NCBI GenBank assembly: GCA_048882505.1
Contig: JBHLRO010000014.1
Coordinates: 66,154-98,153, forward strand
Direction of reading: 5' to 3'
From: Candidatus Thorarchaeota archaeon
GTDB lineage: Archaea > Asgardarchaeota > Heimdallarchaeia > Hodarchaeales > Hodarchaeaceae
DNA: 32,000 nt
Shown here piece by piece: positions 6,442 through 15,298 of this stretch. Each line of letters begins with the position of its first letter. The stretch's first letter is position 1. The translations under genes and the position numbers were made by a program. The notes under the pieces are model-generated. The model did no database searches. It was not told the DNA's origin and saw only the letters and a program-made list of their open reading frames with translations.

Positions 6442-7943
6442 GATGATCCCTCCTGAGGATAGGTGGTCGAGAGCGGAATACCCCAATTCGCCCGATCAAC
6501 TGGCGTATAGATCTTCCAGTAGAATCTCATATCGGCATCTCGCTGTGCCTCAAGGATGCGATCCATGTTGCGGGCGAAGGGTTTAATCCATTTGTTTGGA
6601 AGTTTGAGATGTCCGAAATAGACTTGAGAGGCCCCTTCGTTGTGAGAGAAGACATCTGCTTTGGGAAAAGTCAGGAAGTGATCCATCCACGAGATAGACC
6701 CCCCCTCTATGGAGAGATAGAAGAATATGGTCAGATCCAGGCCCACTTTGGCAGGATTGCCTACTCTTACAACCAGGTGGCTCTCTACCATTTCCTTAAG
6801 TCCCGTCGATATTCGGGTAACGGACACTCCAATCGCCTTACTTAGGGCACTTACCGACTGAAAAGATCCTTTAATACTGTAAAAGTCAAGCACCTTGATA
6901 TCTGCCGGTTTAAGGGGAAAGGGAGAAAATACAGGGGATAGCGAAAAGTCTACATTCGGCGTGGGAGCGATGAGATCGACTTCAGGTTCGCCATACAAGA
7001 GGGACGGAGGGATCTGCCAGGGATCCTCACCCCCCATCAGACCAGTCAGGTTCCAGTTAACTAGACGGCGATCCATCGAAAAATTGAGCTTGGTATCCGT
7101 CAACGATCGTATTGAGGCTAAGATCTTCGGTTGGGAATAAGGGATTTGCAGGAGACTGAAGGTTCCCAACTGCATCGTGGATGAGAGTAACAAATAATCC
7201 CGATATTCTGCGGGAAAGCCGTCTGTATGGAATAACAGGGTGGTTTCGTACCCGAGCTGCCCCATGTCTAGGGCAAGCATATCCTGAAGCACACCTACCT
7301 CATCTAATCGTCTCAACCGACGCATGACCGTTTTTTTGGAGGCCTCAACATGGGGGAGATAATCGGCCTTGGAGAATTCGCGGAATGGGTTTTTTGCCCT
7401 TGTTTGCAGGAGGGTCCGTGTCTTCAGGAGCGCTACATCCAACGGGTCCAGGGGCACTATGAAATTTCCCAACACAGGCAGGAGCGTTTCCCAAAGGGCT
7501 CGCCTTGTGCCCTTGATCCCGCCACTCCGCAATCCTTGTAAGTAGAAGTTGAGGAGATTGTCCTTGTGATAACATATCTCATAGGCGAGAAATCTCATTG
7601 GGAAGAGATAACTTCCATGTCCCTCCCACTTTATGGTAATAGAGGCGTATCGCTTTTCCCAAGGTTCGACGCGCTCGAGTGAGGGATCCGGGGAATATTT
7701 TTGGTAGAACGCGAGAACATGAGAGTGGAAAATGCGTCGGGAGATAGGGTACAGGTCATCTAATGTGGCCTTCTTCGCCTCCTCATGGATAATGACCCAG
7801 ATAGACAGGAAATCGGCCACGAACGGCTCGATGAAGTGTTCCTCAGATCTCCCGAGGACACTGTCCAGGAGAGTGGCCAGGGAGGGGAGATCCGTTAAGA
7901 CAATCCCTCCTGTGAAAAGGTTTCGGACAATGAGAGACTCCAC
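6438..7943 (-). CDS. Tandem Lrp/AsnC-like wHTH regulator, paralog P3 (start uncertain)
   Basis: Same motif series: VPLDPLDVALL, LDMGQLGYET, NWNLTGLMGGEDPWQIPPSL, LKPADIKVLDF, FPKADVF, YFGHLKLP. Confidence 0.88.
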   Translation of the reverse strand: MESLIVRNLFTGGIVLTDLPSLATLLDSVLGRSEEHFIEPFVADFLSIWVIIHEEAKKATLDDLYPISRRIFHSHVLAFYQKYSPDPSLERVEPWEKRYASITIKWEGHGSYLFPMRFLAYEICYHKDNLLNFYLQGLRSGGIKGTRRALWETLLPVLGNFIVPLDPLDVALLKTRTLLQTRAKNPFREFSKADYLPHVEASKKTVMRRLRRLDEVGVLQDMLALDMGQLGYETTLLFHTDGFPAEYRDYLLLSSTMQLGTFSLLQIPYSQPKILASIRSLTDTKLNFSMDRRLVNWNLTGLMGGEDPWQIPPSLLYGEPEVDLIAPTPNVDFSLSPVFSPFPLKPADIKVLDFYSIKGSFQSVSALSKAIGVSVTRISTGLKEMVESHLVVRVGNPAKVGLDLTIFFYLSIEGGSISWMDHFLTFPKADVFSHNEGASQVYFGHLKLPNKWIKPFARNMDRILEAQRDADMRFYWKIYTPVDRANWGIPLSTTYPQEGSS

Positions 7944-9358
7944 TTGAAATGATCCACTGGTGAGATTAGTTGCCAGTAAAACTTCATGTCTGCTTGCCGC
8001 TGCTCGTTCACAATGACAGCCAGATTACGGGCAAATGGTTTAATCCATTTGAGGGGTAACTTGAGATAGCCAAAGTAGGCGGAAGTAGATGCCTGCTCGT
8101 GGATGAAAAGATCCACCTTGGGGAACGCTAAAAAGTGGTCTACCCAGGGGATAGAGTCCCCCTTGATGGATAAGAAGAAGTAGCACGAAATATCGAGTCC
8201 AATGCTAAAGAACTGGGTCATTCGAATGATCAGATCTTGCTGTGAGTACCTTTTCAGGGCGGCGGAGAGATGGGGTACGGATACGTCAATGATTTGACTA
8301 AATTCCGTGAGCGAGGCAGACCCGCCCTCACTACTGATAAAATCCAAAATCCTGATATCTGCGGGAGTTAATGGTATGGGATCAAATTCTGGAGGTAAAG
8401 ACAAGTCTAACCGAGGAGTAGGGGTAATTAAGTTGATTTGCGGATCGTTATACACCAGGGAGGGAGCAACCTGCCACGGGTCTTCGCCCCCGATGAAGCC
8501 CGTCAAATTCCAGTTGCTAATTCGGCGCAGCATGGGATATGAGACAAGAGACTCCAACTGATCTTGTAGTTGGTGTAACGTACTGGTCTTCTGAAACGGA
8601 ATTTGCACCAGACTGAAGATTCCCAGTTGCATACGACTGGACATAAGTAAATAAGGGCGAAACTCCTCGGGAAAATCATTGGTATGAAAAAGGAGGAATG
8701 TTTCATACCCGAGCTGCCCCATATCAAGGAAGTAAAGGACTCCCATGATCTGAAGCAGATCCAGCTTGGCCCATCTTCGTGTGATCGTTTTTTGCGAGGT
8801 GCGGACAAATGTGCCGATCTCGGTTTTTGAAAAGTCTCCGAAGAGTTTTCCCCCATTGTGTTCTAACCAGAGAATACTCTTCAATATGTCAATATCGACT
8901 GGGTCCAGGGGGACTACAAAGTTGGTTAAGGTGGGAAGGAGAAAGTTAAAGAGTGCGTCCTTTGTGCCTTTCATCTCGTTGGTCCGTAGCTTCTGCAAGT
9001 AGAGCCAAAGAAGCTTCTTCTGGTGATAAAAATACTCATACAACAATAAATGAAGTGGAAGGTAATAAAGTCCTCGCTTGTTCCAATTGATCAAAATTGA
9101 AGCGTAACGCTTTTCCGTGGCGGGAACACGCTTGAGAACAGGATCACCGGCATATTTGTGGTAGAACGGGAGAACCTGTTCATTAAGGATTTTCCGACAC
9201 AGTGGAAGGAGATCGTCAAACGCAATATTTTTCGCTTGCTGTTGGATAGAGGCCCAGATGGCAAGGAAATCCGCGACAAAGGGATCGATCTGGTGTTTAC
9301 CCTTATTGGTCAAAGCGACATTCAATAACTTCGAGAGAGCGGATTTTCCTGTCATCAT
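7895..9358 (-). CDS. Tandem Lrp/AsnC-like wHTH regulator, paralog P4
   Basis: Same motif series. ATG-ATG at 9358/9355 aligns with the paralog N-termini; the ORF track uses TTG 9385. Confidence 0.88.
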   Translation of the reverse strand: MMTGKSALSKLLNVALTNKGKHQIDPFVADFLAIWASIQQQAKNIAFDDLLPLCRKILNEQVLPFYHKYAGDPVLKRVPATEKRYASILINWNKRGLYYLPLHLLLYEYFYHQKKLLWLYLQKLRTNEMKGTKDALFNFLLPTLTNFVVPLDPVDIDILKSILWLEHNGGKLFGDFSKTEIGTFVRTSQKTITRRWAKLDLLQIMGVLYFLDMGQLGYETFLLFHTNDFPEEFRPYLLMSSRMQLGIFSLVQIPFQKTSTLHQLQDQLESLVSYPMLRRISNWNLTGFIGGEDPWQVAPSLVYNDPQINLITPTPRLDLSLPPEFDPIPLTPADIRILDFISSEGGSASLTEFSQIIDVSVPHLSAALKRYSQQDLIIRMTQFFSIGLDISCYFFLSIKGDSIPWVDHFLAFPKVDLFIHEQASTSAYFGYLKLPLKWIKPFARNLAVIVNEQRQADMKFYWQLISPVDHFKWSLSLSETFSQEGLS

Positions 9359-9571
9359 GCCACTTCCAAAAGCGATTTGGGACAAACCATGGACTTGACC
9401 CCGCTCCGTACTCTATCTCAGGTTATTGATTATGTTTCGTTGACTCAGACAGTTATAACCTCCAAATATTTTAAAGTGCTTTGAAATAGAAAAACACCCC
9501 GTTCTTCTAGAACAGATGGGCCTGACCACTTTGGTAGTGCTATGGTCCAGGGTAGCAACCGCGTGCGGCCT

Positions 9572-10309
9572 TCAACAGCGCCACTGGGAGATCCCGTCAT
9601 GCCGGGTCATGGTCGGACGGAAAGGAAAACCTAATACCACACAGGCCTCTCCGACCGAGTCCTCGAGCCGTTTTAATGCGCCCGTCTTGTCTGAGGGAAG
9701 GGGGTCGAGCGAAGGAGACTCATAGAAAGTGACCAGTTCCTTGACGAGGTGGATGAGCTGCGAGGAACCGATAATCGTGTAGGGATCCACACGACTGACA
9801 AGGCGGTATCGGCGGCGTTCGGCGATTTCAAGGGCGGTCACGACCGCAAAAGGCGTCATTAGGGGGGGTTCGCACGGCGCATAGACTGTCACGCGACGCT
9901 GGAATTCACGACTCGAGATCCGACCTCGTTGCGAAAAGTACGGAAATAACCGATGGCGGAGGTCGTTCGCCCAGAGGTCGGTGTGCTTCCAGGCTGAGAA
10001 CAGCATGTGTGCTTCCAATGAGTACCAGGGCCAGGGAGAGGCGATTCGGAGAGTGGCAAAGGCGGAGTCAATCGTTTCGGCCAGTTTGGCTCGACATAGG
10101 TACGTGACTAGGATCGGCAGTATCTGCTCCATCGAGGACACCAAGTCGTTATTGATGAACAGCGTGTGCGTCCGGCTGTGTGGATTGGAATCCAGACAGA
10201 TCGTCTCTCCCCTCCAGACTTCAAAGAACACCCGCCACTCCAGAGCGAGTCTTTTGAACACAGGCTGGGTTTCAGAGCTGAGCTGTCTCACGAAATAGTG
10301 ATAGGGCAT
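9572..10309 (-). CDS. Hypothetical protein, possibly a degenerate zincin-like fold
   Basis: Long ORF downstream of the longin gene. ATG 10309 is preferred because the longer start overlaps that gene extensively. LVTYLCRAKL sits where an HExxH might be; the fold call is weak. Confidence 0.6.
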   Translation of the reverse strand: MPYHYFVRQLSSETQPVFKRLALEWRVFFEVWRGETICLDSNPHSRTHTLFINNDLVSSMEQILPILVTYLCRAKLAETIDSAFATLRIASPWPWYSLEAHMLFSAWKHTDLWANDLRHRLFPYFSQRGRISSREFQRRVTVYAPCEPPLMTPFAVVTALEIAERRRYRLVSRVDPYTIIGSSQLIHLVKELVTFYESPSLDPLPSDKTGALKRLEDSVGEACVVLGFPFRPTMTRHDGISQWRC

Positions 10310-10707
10310 ATGAGATCCCCGTCCTGCGGGCCTTTTAACTGGTGAAGTTGTTGGGCAATCCACTGGGCAAAAGATTCGAAATGGCGGGGTTGGTTGCTTT
10401 CTACCCAGGGAAATTGTTCCACAAATCGGTCGAGAATCGTGTTGACGCATTCCAGGATACCTGGGGTTAGCGCTTGATCCCGCGAAACGAGGGCCACAAG
10501 ATGCGTCTTTTCCCCCTGACGAAAAACCAGCTTGCTGTTTTGGAGCTGAATCTCGTCAATGGTGTCCTTCAACCATTCCCTGGCAAGCTGGACAAATGCC
10601 ACCAGATATCCCCCGATCAACTGCGGATCCTCCGTCAGTTTGGGTTCACAATGGACATCGATCAGGCATCCCAGCGTTTCGTGAATAATAAAGATGGAAT
10701 GGATCAT
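10288..10707 (-). CDS. Longin-like domain protein
   Basis: MIHSIFII..LGCLI...DPQLIGGYLVAF..LA.E....IDEIQL.NSKLVF...LVALV...ILDRFVEQF...FESF pattern typical of longin / AP-sigma-like folds. GGTGTGA RBS upstream. Confidence 0.7.
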   Translation of the reverse strand: MIHSIFIIHETLGCLIDVHCEPKLTEDPQLIGGYLVAFVQLAREWLKDTIDEIQLQNSKLVFRQGEKTHLVALVSRDQALTPGILECVNTILDRFVEQFPWVESNQPRHFESFAQWIAQQLHQLKGPQDGDLICPITIS

Positions 10708-10849
10708 CGATCACACCTAGTTCTAGGTATTTCTTGAAAATGAATTCAACAGATTTTTTCAGTTTCTTCAGAATGTAAAGAAACTTTTGAAGGAAAAATT
10801 TACTAGATAGTTTTTAAAACTTTGCCTTCTGTACCTTCGCCTGAGGACA

Positions 10850-11005
10850 ATGGAGAAACCAACTGCTACGGCAAAGCTAACCAGTAACAACCAGATCACA
10901 CTGCCGAAAGCGATACGAGAACGGCTGGGGGTGAACGTGGGAGACATTGTCCTGTTCTTCATTAAGGACGAGGAAATTGTGATCCGTGCCAAAGTGCAAT
11001 TATGA
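10850..11005 (+). CDS. AbrB/MazE/SpoVT family DNA-binding protein (51 aa)
   Basis: Not in the ORF track. MEKPTATAKLTSNNQITLPKAIRERLGVNVGDIVLFFIKDEEIVIRAKVQL; TATA-like TTTTTAAA at 10811-10818. Confidence 0.9.
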   Translation: MEKPTATAKLTSNNQITLPKAIRERLGVNVGDIVLFFIKDEEIVIRAKVQL

Positions 11006-11091
11006 TCCTGGAATGCCTATGCTTGCCTAGTCAAAATTGCATCCGAGAAGGAGGGTAATGAGGGCACCACACCAGATTGGAGGGTAAAACC

Positions 11092-11763
11092 ATGAGAACC
11101 AAAACGCTCGTGTATGTCAATCTGGCGTCGTTTTGGGCTCTGTTCATTATTACCGCTGGTCTCAGATTTCTAAGTACTCCTCCTGAAATCGAGCCTGTAC
11201 AACTTCTGGCGTTTTCAAGTTTCCTCCGCGCCATTTTGGAGTATCTTCTCCTGTTCAGTTGGAACCTGGGACTTCTTACCCTTAAACGTTATCAAGACGA
11301 GCGGAGGATTAAGCGGCAAAGACTCGTGTTTGGAGGTGCAATTATCTTGATTGTTACATCGTTTTTCGCCGTATCCATTCTCGATACTGCCCTGCTTCCG
11401 CCTGTAGAAGGATCCCCACTCAGCGTGCGGTCATTCGAATATGGTTTCAACGGAGATGCACCCTCGTTCAACATTCTCCGATTGACCCTATGTAATTCTG
11501 GTACTGAGCAGATCCTGATTACTTCTCAGACAGTGCAAACGTATGACGGTACCCGATGGAGCGATGCGCCGTATGTCTATAGCTTTTTCCCATATACGCT
11601 CAAACCAGGAGGTTGTGGCGGGAAAAGTACCTGGTTTATCCCCCCCTCCGTGAATCCGGTTGACTATCGTTTTGTCGTGACCTATCGGATTGGAGAGGGG
11701 GAACTTCAGGTATTGATCGGCCCGCTCTGGTCGGAATATAATTCAAGTGCCATCGCTTTTTAA
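11092..11763 (+). CDS. Membrane protein: three TM helices plus a C-terminal beta-rich extracellular domain
   Basis: Three hydrophobic segments followed by LRLTLCNSGTEQILITSQ..., Ig-like in character. GGAGGG RBS before ATG 11092. Confidence 0.7.
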   Translation: MRTKTLVYVNLASFWALFIITAGLRFLSTPPEIEPVQLLAFSSFLRAILEYLLLFSWNLGLLTLKRYQDERRIKRQRLVFGGAIILIVTSFFAVSILDTALLPPVEGSPLSVRSFEYGFNGDAPSFNILRLTLCNSGTEQILITSQTVQTYDGTRWSDAPYVYSFFPYTLKPGGCGGKSTWFIPPSVNPVDYRFVVTYRIGEGELQVLIGPLWSEYNSSAIAF

Positions 11764-11790
11764 AAGGAAGATAAGGTTCCGACACTCACT

Positions 11791-11976
11791 TTGCCCCACT
11801 CATTAGACGATGATTTTTACCATGTGGAGAGTGCTAACCCTGTGCAACGGGTTCTTCGTCCCGTATGCAAGACGTGTGGCACCCGCCAGATTGTGTTAGC
11901 CAAGTATTGTTCCTTTTGCGGAACCGAGATCGTCCCCCTCGATGTTGAGATTACACCTCCTCCTTCACACAAGTGA
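11791..11976 (+). CDS. Zinc-ribbon protein
   Basis: CKTCG-x8-YCSFCG; TTG start. Confidence 0.65.
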   Translation: MPHSLDDDFYHVESANPVQRVLRPVCKTCGTRQIVLAKYCSFCGTEIVPLDVEITPPPSHK

Positions 11977-12039
11977 CTGTGCTGACCCCCCCGGGGGTAT
12001 AATTTTCAACACAACTCGGGTTACCATCCTGGTCAGACC

Positions 12040-12804
12040 CTATTTTTCATGCGCTTCGATACATGCTTTGAATAAACGTTCAAACAGGTTGTCCGAATTG
12101 AGAAGGTTTTGATAGAAGCGATGAGAATGGCTCAATGCCAGGGACATATCGGGGTTGACCGTAATCATAGACGTCTTTTGGAGCAATTCGACGATATCTA
12201 ATCCCATGTCGCAGGTGATCCCAAGTAGTTCCCGTACCTCCCTGAGGTAGAAGGGGATGGCGAGGCGCTCCCGCTGGAACAATAGAAACATGACCATATA
12301 GGCCTCAATGGGGTAATTAACGGGACAATCGTTCTGCACCCCGAGACATTCAGCCTCGGGGGGGGTGGTGAGGGAGGGATTAAGGTAGTAGCGCGGGTTT
12401 TCTGATCTTATACCTGATCTAGGATGTTGGATGAGCAGCTCCTTTTGGACAAGTTGTTCCAGGCTTTTGGTAACCTGAGCTAGCTCAGGCATCCCTACAT
12501 ATGACCCGCACATTTGGCCGTAAATCTGGTCGAAATTGATATCCATGCTAGGTGTTCGTTGCTCTAAGCGTTGGACAGTTTCTAGCAGGCGTAAGTCCAG
12601 CTCATCATGGCACAGCAGACATAACGGAACCTGACATCCCCCGCACGGATTCATCCCAGCGTGTTGAACGAAACTGACGGTCACCAAATTTTCATGGAGT
12701 TGACGGAACAGCTCGCCTGCCCCAGGAGTATCAAAAACATCGCTAAGCGGGCGGTGATTGGCCCATTTCGGGTCATCAAAGAAAGACATTTCGGAGCCAT
12801 CCAT
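12040..12804 (-). CDS. Cys-rich segment plus two probable winged-helix domains
   Basis: CGGC-x4-CLLCH; VTKSLEQLVQKELLIQHP...RYYL and LREVRELLGIT...DIVELLQKTSMITV are wHTH-like. Confidence 0.65.
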   Translation of the reverse strand: MDGSEMSFFDDPKWANHRPLSDVFDTPGAGELFRQLHENLVTVSFVQHAGMNPCGGCQVPLCLLCHDELDLRLLETVQRLEQRTPSMDINFDQIYGQMCGSYVGMPELAQVTKSLEQLVQKELLIQHPRSGIRSENPRYYLNPSLTTPPEAECLGVQNDCPVNYPIEAYMVMFLLFQRERLAIPFYLREVRELLGITCDMGLDIVELLQKTSMITVNPDMSLALSHSHRFYQNLLNSDNLFERLFKACIEAHEK

Positions 12805-12875
12805 TTTATGGTTTTTATCACTATAATTAAGCTGCTAACCACCCCGTCCTCAGGGTGAAATCTGACCAAATCGCC

Positions 12876-13085
12876 TCAGCTGACATCTATCGTGCGCTGC
12901 AAGATGATGCTTTTTATATATGAAAACACATCGACATGCCTCGAGGTACTGTTGAATCCTGCAAGTGACTCCAAGCCCTTGGCTTTTGACCGAACACTCA
13001 TGGGATGGTTCAAGTACTCTGGTTCGGTGTAGGAGGATGAATTTGGAGTCTGAAAGGGAAGAGGGGTTAGGCTGAGTTTCTTCAT
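12876..13085 (-). CDS. Small hypothetical protein
   Basis: ATGA overlap with the upstream ORF; no recognisable motif. Confidence 0.35.
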   Translation of the reverse strand: MKKLSLTPLPFQTPNSSSYTEPEYLNHPMSVRSKAKGLESLAGFNSTSRHVDVFSYIKSIILQRTIDVS

Positions 13086-13291
13086 CCTTGGATTCCTTTC
13101 AAAAAGGCCTCCACCACCAACCCTGCAATCTGGAGTTGCTTGGTGCGGGAGAATCGGGAAAATTCGGGGAAGACCATGTGCAATCCCTCCAGAATGTGGT
13201 CCAACACCGCCTTTTGGTCGATCCTCAGGTGATTAAAGTAGTCCTCGGGACCGTAGGTTTCATACAGGTTATATATTTCGTGATATGGCAT
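13082..13291 (-). CDS. Small helical hypothetical protein
   Basis: Protein-like amphipathic composition; GAAGGA upstream of the ATG. Confidence 0.55.
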   Translation of the reverse strand: MPYHEIYNLYETYGPEDYFNHLRIDQKAVLDHILEGLHMVFPEFSRFSRTKQLQIAGLVVEAFLKGIQG

Positions 13292-13761
13292 GTTCCTTCA
13301 TTCTCTTTGCGAAGTGACGATACACTAGCTGATAAACCTGTTCTTCTATTCGTCTTGGATGGGAGACTCGGTGGTTGGAATCTTTAGGTCAATGGCGAGG
13401 TGGCGATACGGGACTGGAAGACGTGCCTTTGTCTGGGAAGGCCCTTTTCCGAGGATCCAAAATTTTAATCCAACATTGGGATCCTCTTCATCCGGCGATT
13501 GGAACCACACGAAAGTGGGTACGACTTTTGATCTCCATCTGATCTATCGCAGGTTTATGCGGATGATCTGGAACATACTTTTATATATTCACGAAAAGAG
13601 GAAAACAACGCGGAGAAACGTAAAACCGACCAGACGAAAATTGACGGGAATATTGGCACTTTCGCGAAAACCTCCCTTGAGGATGACGTAACCCTTTTTG
13701 TAAAATGTAAATACTGAATTAGAATTGCCTAACAGGTAGCACTTTGAATGAGAAGTGATTT

Positions 13762-14571
13762 TCAAGCAGTTATCGTTTCCTCGATTAACAATTTTGAGAA
13801 TTGTTCACTTAATAAGCTTTTGTTGTGGTCTAGGAAATCTATTACAGCATTAGCAACATTTAAGATCTTTTCATCAAATGTAATAAATTGTACAGGTCTT
13901 TTACCAGAACAACAAAGCATAATACAACCTATTAGATGAAATCTGTCCTTTTTCCCAATATTTGGTGTGTTTTTCTGGAACAAGAAGAAAAAATTCTTGA
14001 AATCTATTGCCCATAACATGATACTATCTTTCACCCAACGTCGTACAAATTTGTGAGTAATAACATCAAAACTTACTACTGCATGAGAAGGGAGTCTATG
14101 CAAAAGCCTAAAGAACTCTCCACGGAGGCTAGGATTATTATAAACATTGGAGAATCCTTTCCCCCTCCATTCAAAGTAATGATAGATAGAATTAAAATGT
14201 GGATTAGATTTTATTTCATTAGATATCTCCCGAAAAACTTCGTTCTTATTTTCACCTTCCTCAATTCTTTTTTTTGCATTGAGAAGATAACGTCGTATCA
14301 ATAAACTAAATTCTTCAACTTTATGAGACACCATATCTGAGAATTCCCAACTAATTGTATCAAGGACAGCAATGAATTTATTCTTGGATGAATATTCATC
14401 TAGTAGTTTTAGAGATGCTTGCCCTAATCTTTGCTTATGAGAATCCTCACTTAATTCTTCTTCAAAGATTCGGGAAAACCAAATAGAAGTGTCTGGTATT
14501 GATTCTGTTGAACTTGAACCTGGGTGAGGAAAATCTAGAAAAATTATCTCTTCTTTTTTCACAACTCCCAA
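13762..14571 (-). CDS. PIN-domain ribonuclease-like protein with a large helical insertion
   Basis: PIN acidic motifs in the expected order: IPDTSIW, SWEF, GKKDRFHL, FITFDEKILNVA. Confidence 0.7.
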   Translation of the reverse strand: MGVVKKEEIIFLDFPHPGSSSTESIPDTSIWFSRIFEEELSEDSHKQRLGQASLKLLDEYSSKNKFIAVLDTISWEFSDMVSHKVEEFSLLIRRYLLNAKKRIEEGENKNEVFREISNEIKSNPHFNSIYHYFEWRGKGFSNVYNNPSLRGEFFRLLHRLPSHAVVSFDVITHKFVRRWVKDSIMLWAIDFKNFFFLFQKNTPNIGKKDRFHLIGCIMLCCSGKRPVQFITFDEKILNVANAVIDFLDHNKSLLSEQFSKLLIEETITA

Positions 14572-14581
14572 AGATATCTAC

Positions 14582-15298
14582 CTATCCAAAAAGGGCCTTT
14601 AGGACTTCTTGTTGAGGTTTTATTTCAGCTCTTATCTTTTCTTTCTTAGTGGGGAGAATGAGTGAATAGTTAGATACCGTATTTAGATCCCAATATAGGA
14701 GATCTTCCATTTGCTTTTTCTGGGCTTCATTTGCTTCCTCCCAATGTCTCCCTATTTCACTTAGTCTTAATAGAACGATTAGCATAGCGGTCAAAATATT
14801 TACTACTGAACCCAATTTTGTATGAGAACGTCTAACTGTGACTCTTTGTAAAGATTCTTTTACTTCATTTGAGACCTCCTGGAAATTTATAATCGCTTGA
14901 GAAAAAAGAAACAATAATTTATGACCATCTGATGAAAATTCGTTATCTAAATCTGCAAAGTAATGATTTAAGTCAACTTCTAGTTTTGCATAGGATTCAG
15001 AAAATCGTTCAAAAGATTCTTTCTTTTCTTGTCTCCAGCGATGATAGGCGATTGGATGCTTCCTTTCTAGATTTTGTAAATCTTTAGTAAATTTCCCTCT
15101 GAGTTCCTGTAATCGATCATCAATTTCCTGAAAAGCTCTGAATTTTATGTTCTCAGTTTCTTCTGCTATAAATTCATCTATCTTTTCTCGGAATTTCGTG
15201 TCTAATTTATTCAGTTCCTTTTCTTCAATGTCTTCATCTATCGATACTCTGTATTTGAATAGATCAAGGATTTTATCTTTAAATTCAGTTGGAAACAA
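14582..15298 (-). CDS. Acidic coiled-coil / helical protein, probable partner of the PIN protein
   Basis: Glu/Lys-rich helical sequence ending 10 nt upstream of the PIN gene in the same AT-rich block; TTG start with GGGGT upstream. Confidence 0.75.
   Translation of the reverse strand: MFPTEFKDKILDLFKYRVSIDEDIEEKELNKLDTKFREKIDEFIAEETENIKFRAFQEIDDRLQELRGKFTKDLQNLERKHPIAYHRWRQEKKESFERFSESYAKLEVDLNHYFADLDNEFSSDGHKLLFLFSQAIINFQEVSNEVKESLQRVTVRRSHTKLGSVVNILTAMLIVLLRLSEIGRHWEEANEAQKKQMEDLLYWDLNTVSNYSLILPTKKEKIRAEIKPQQEVLKALFG

Noticed and set aside
9361-9400. Faint similarity upstream of P4 to the family 3' end (ttgtcc.aaa.c), hinting at another relic
   Set aside because: Too short to distinguish from chance.
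10768-10992. Minus-strand 74-aa ORF
   Set aside because: Antisense to the well-supported AbrB gene at 10850-11005.
13330-13700. Stop-interrupted frame (GILFIRRLE...YDF*..DLSQVY...EKRK) reminiscent of type IIG restriction-modification proteins; also the 13359-13691 ORF
   Set aside because: Motifs are too close together and too degenerate; would need a frameshift-aware search to support.
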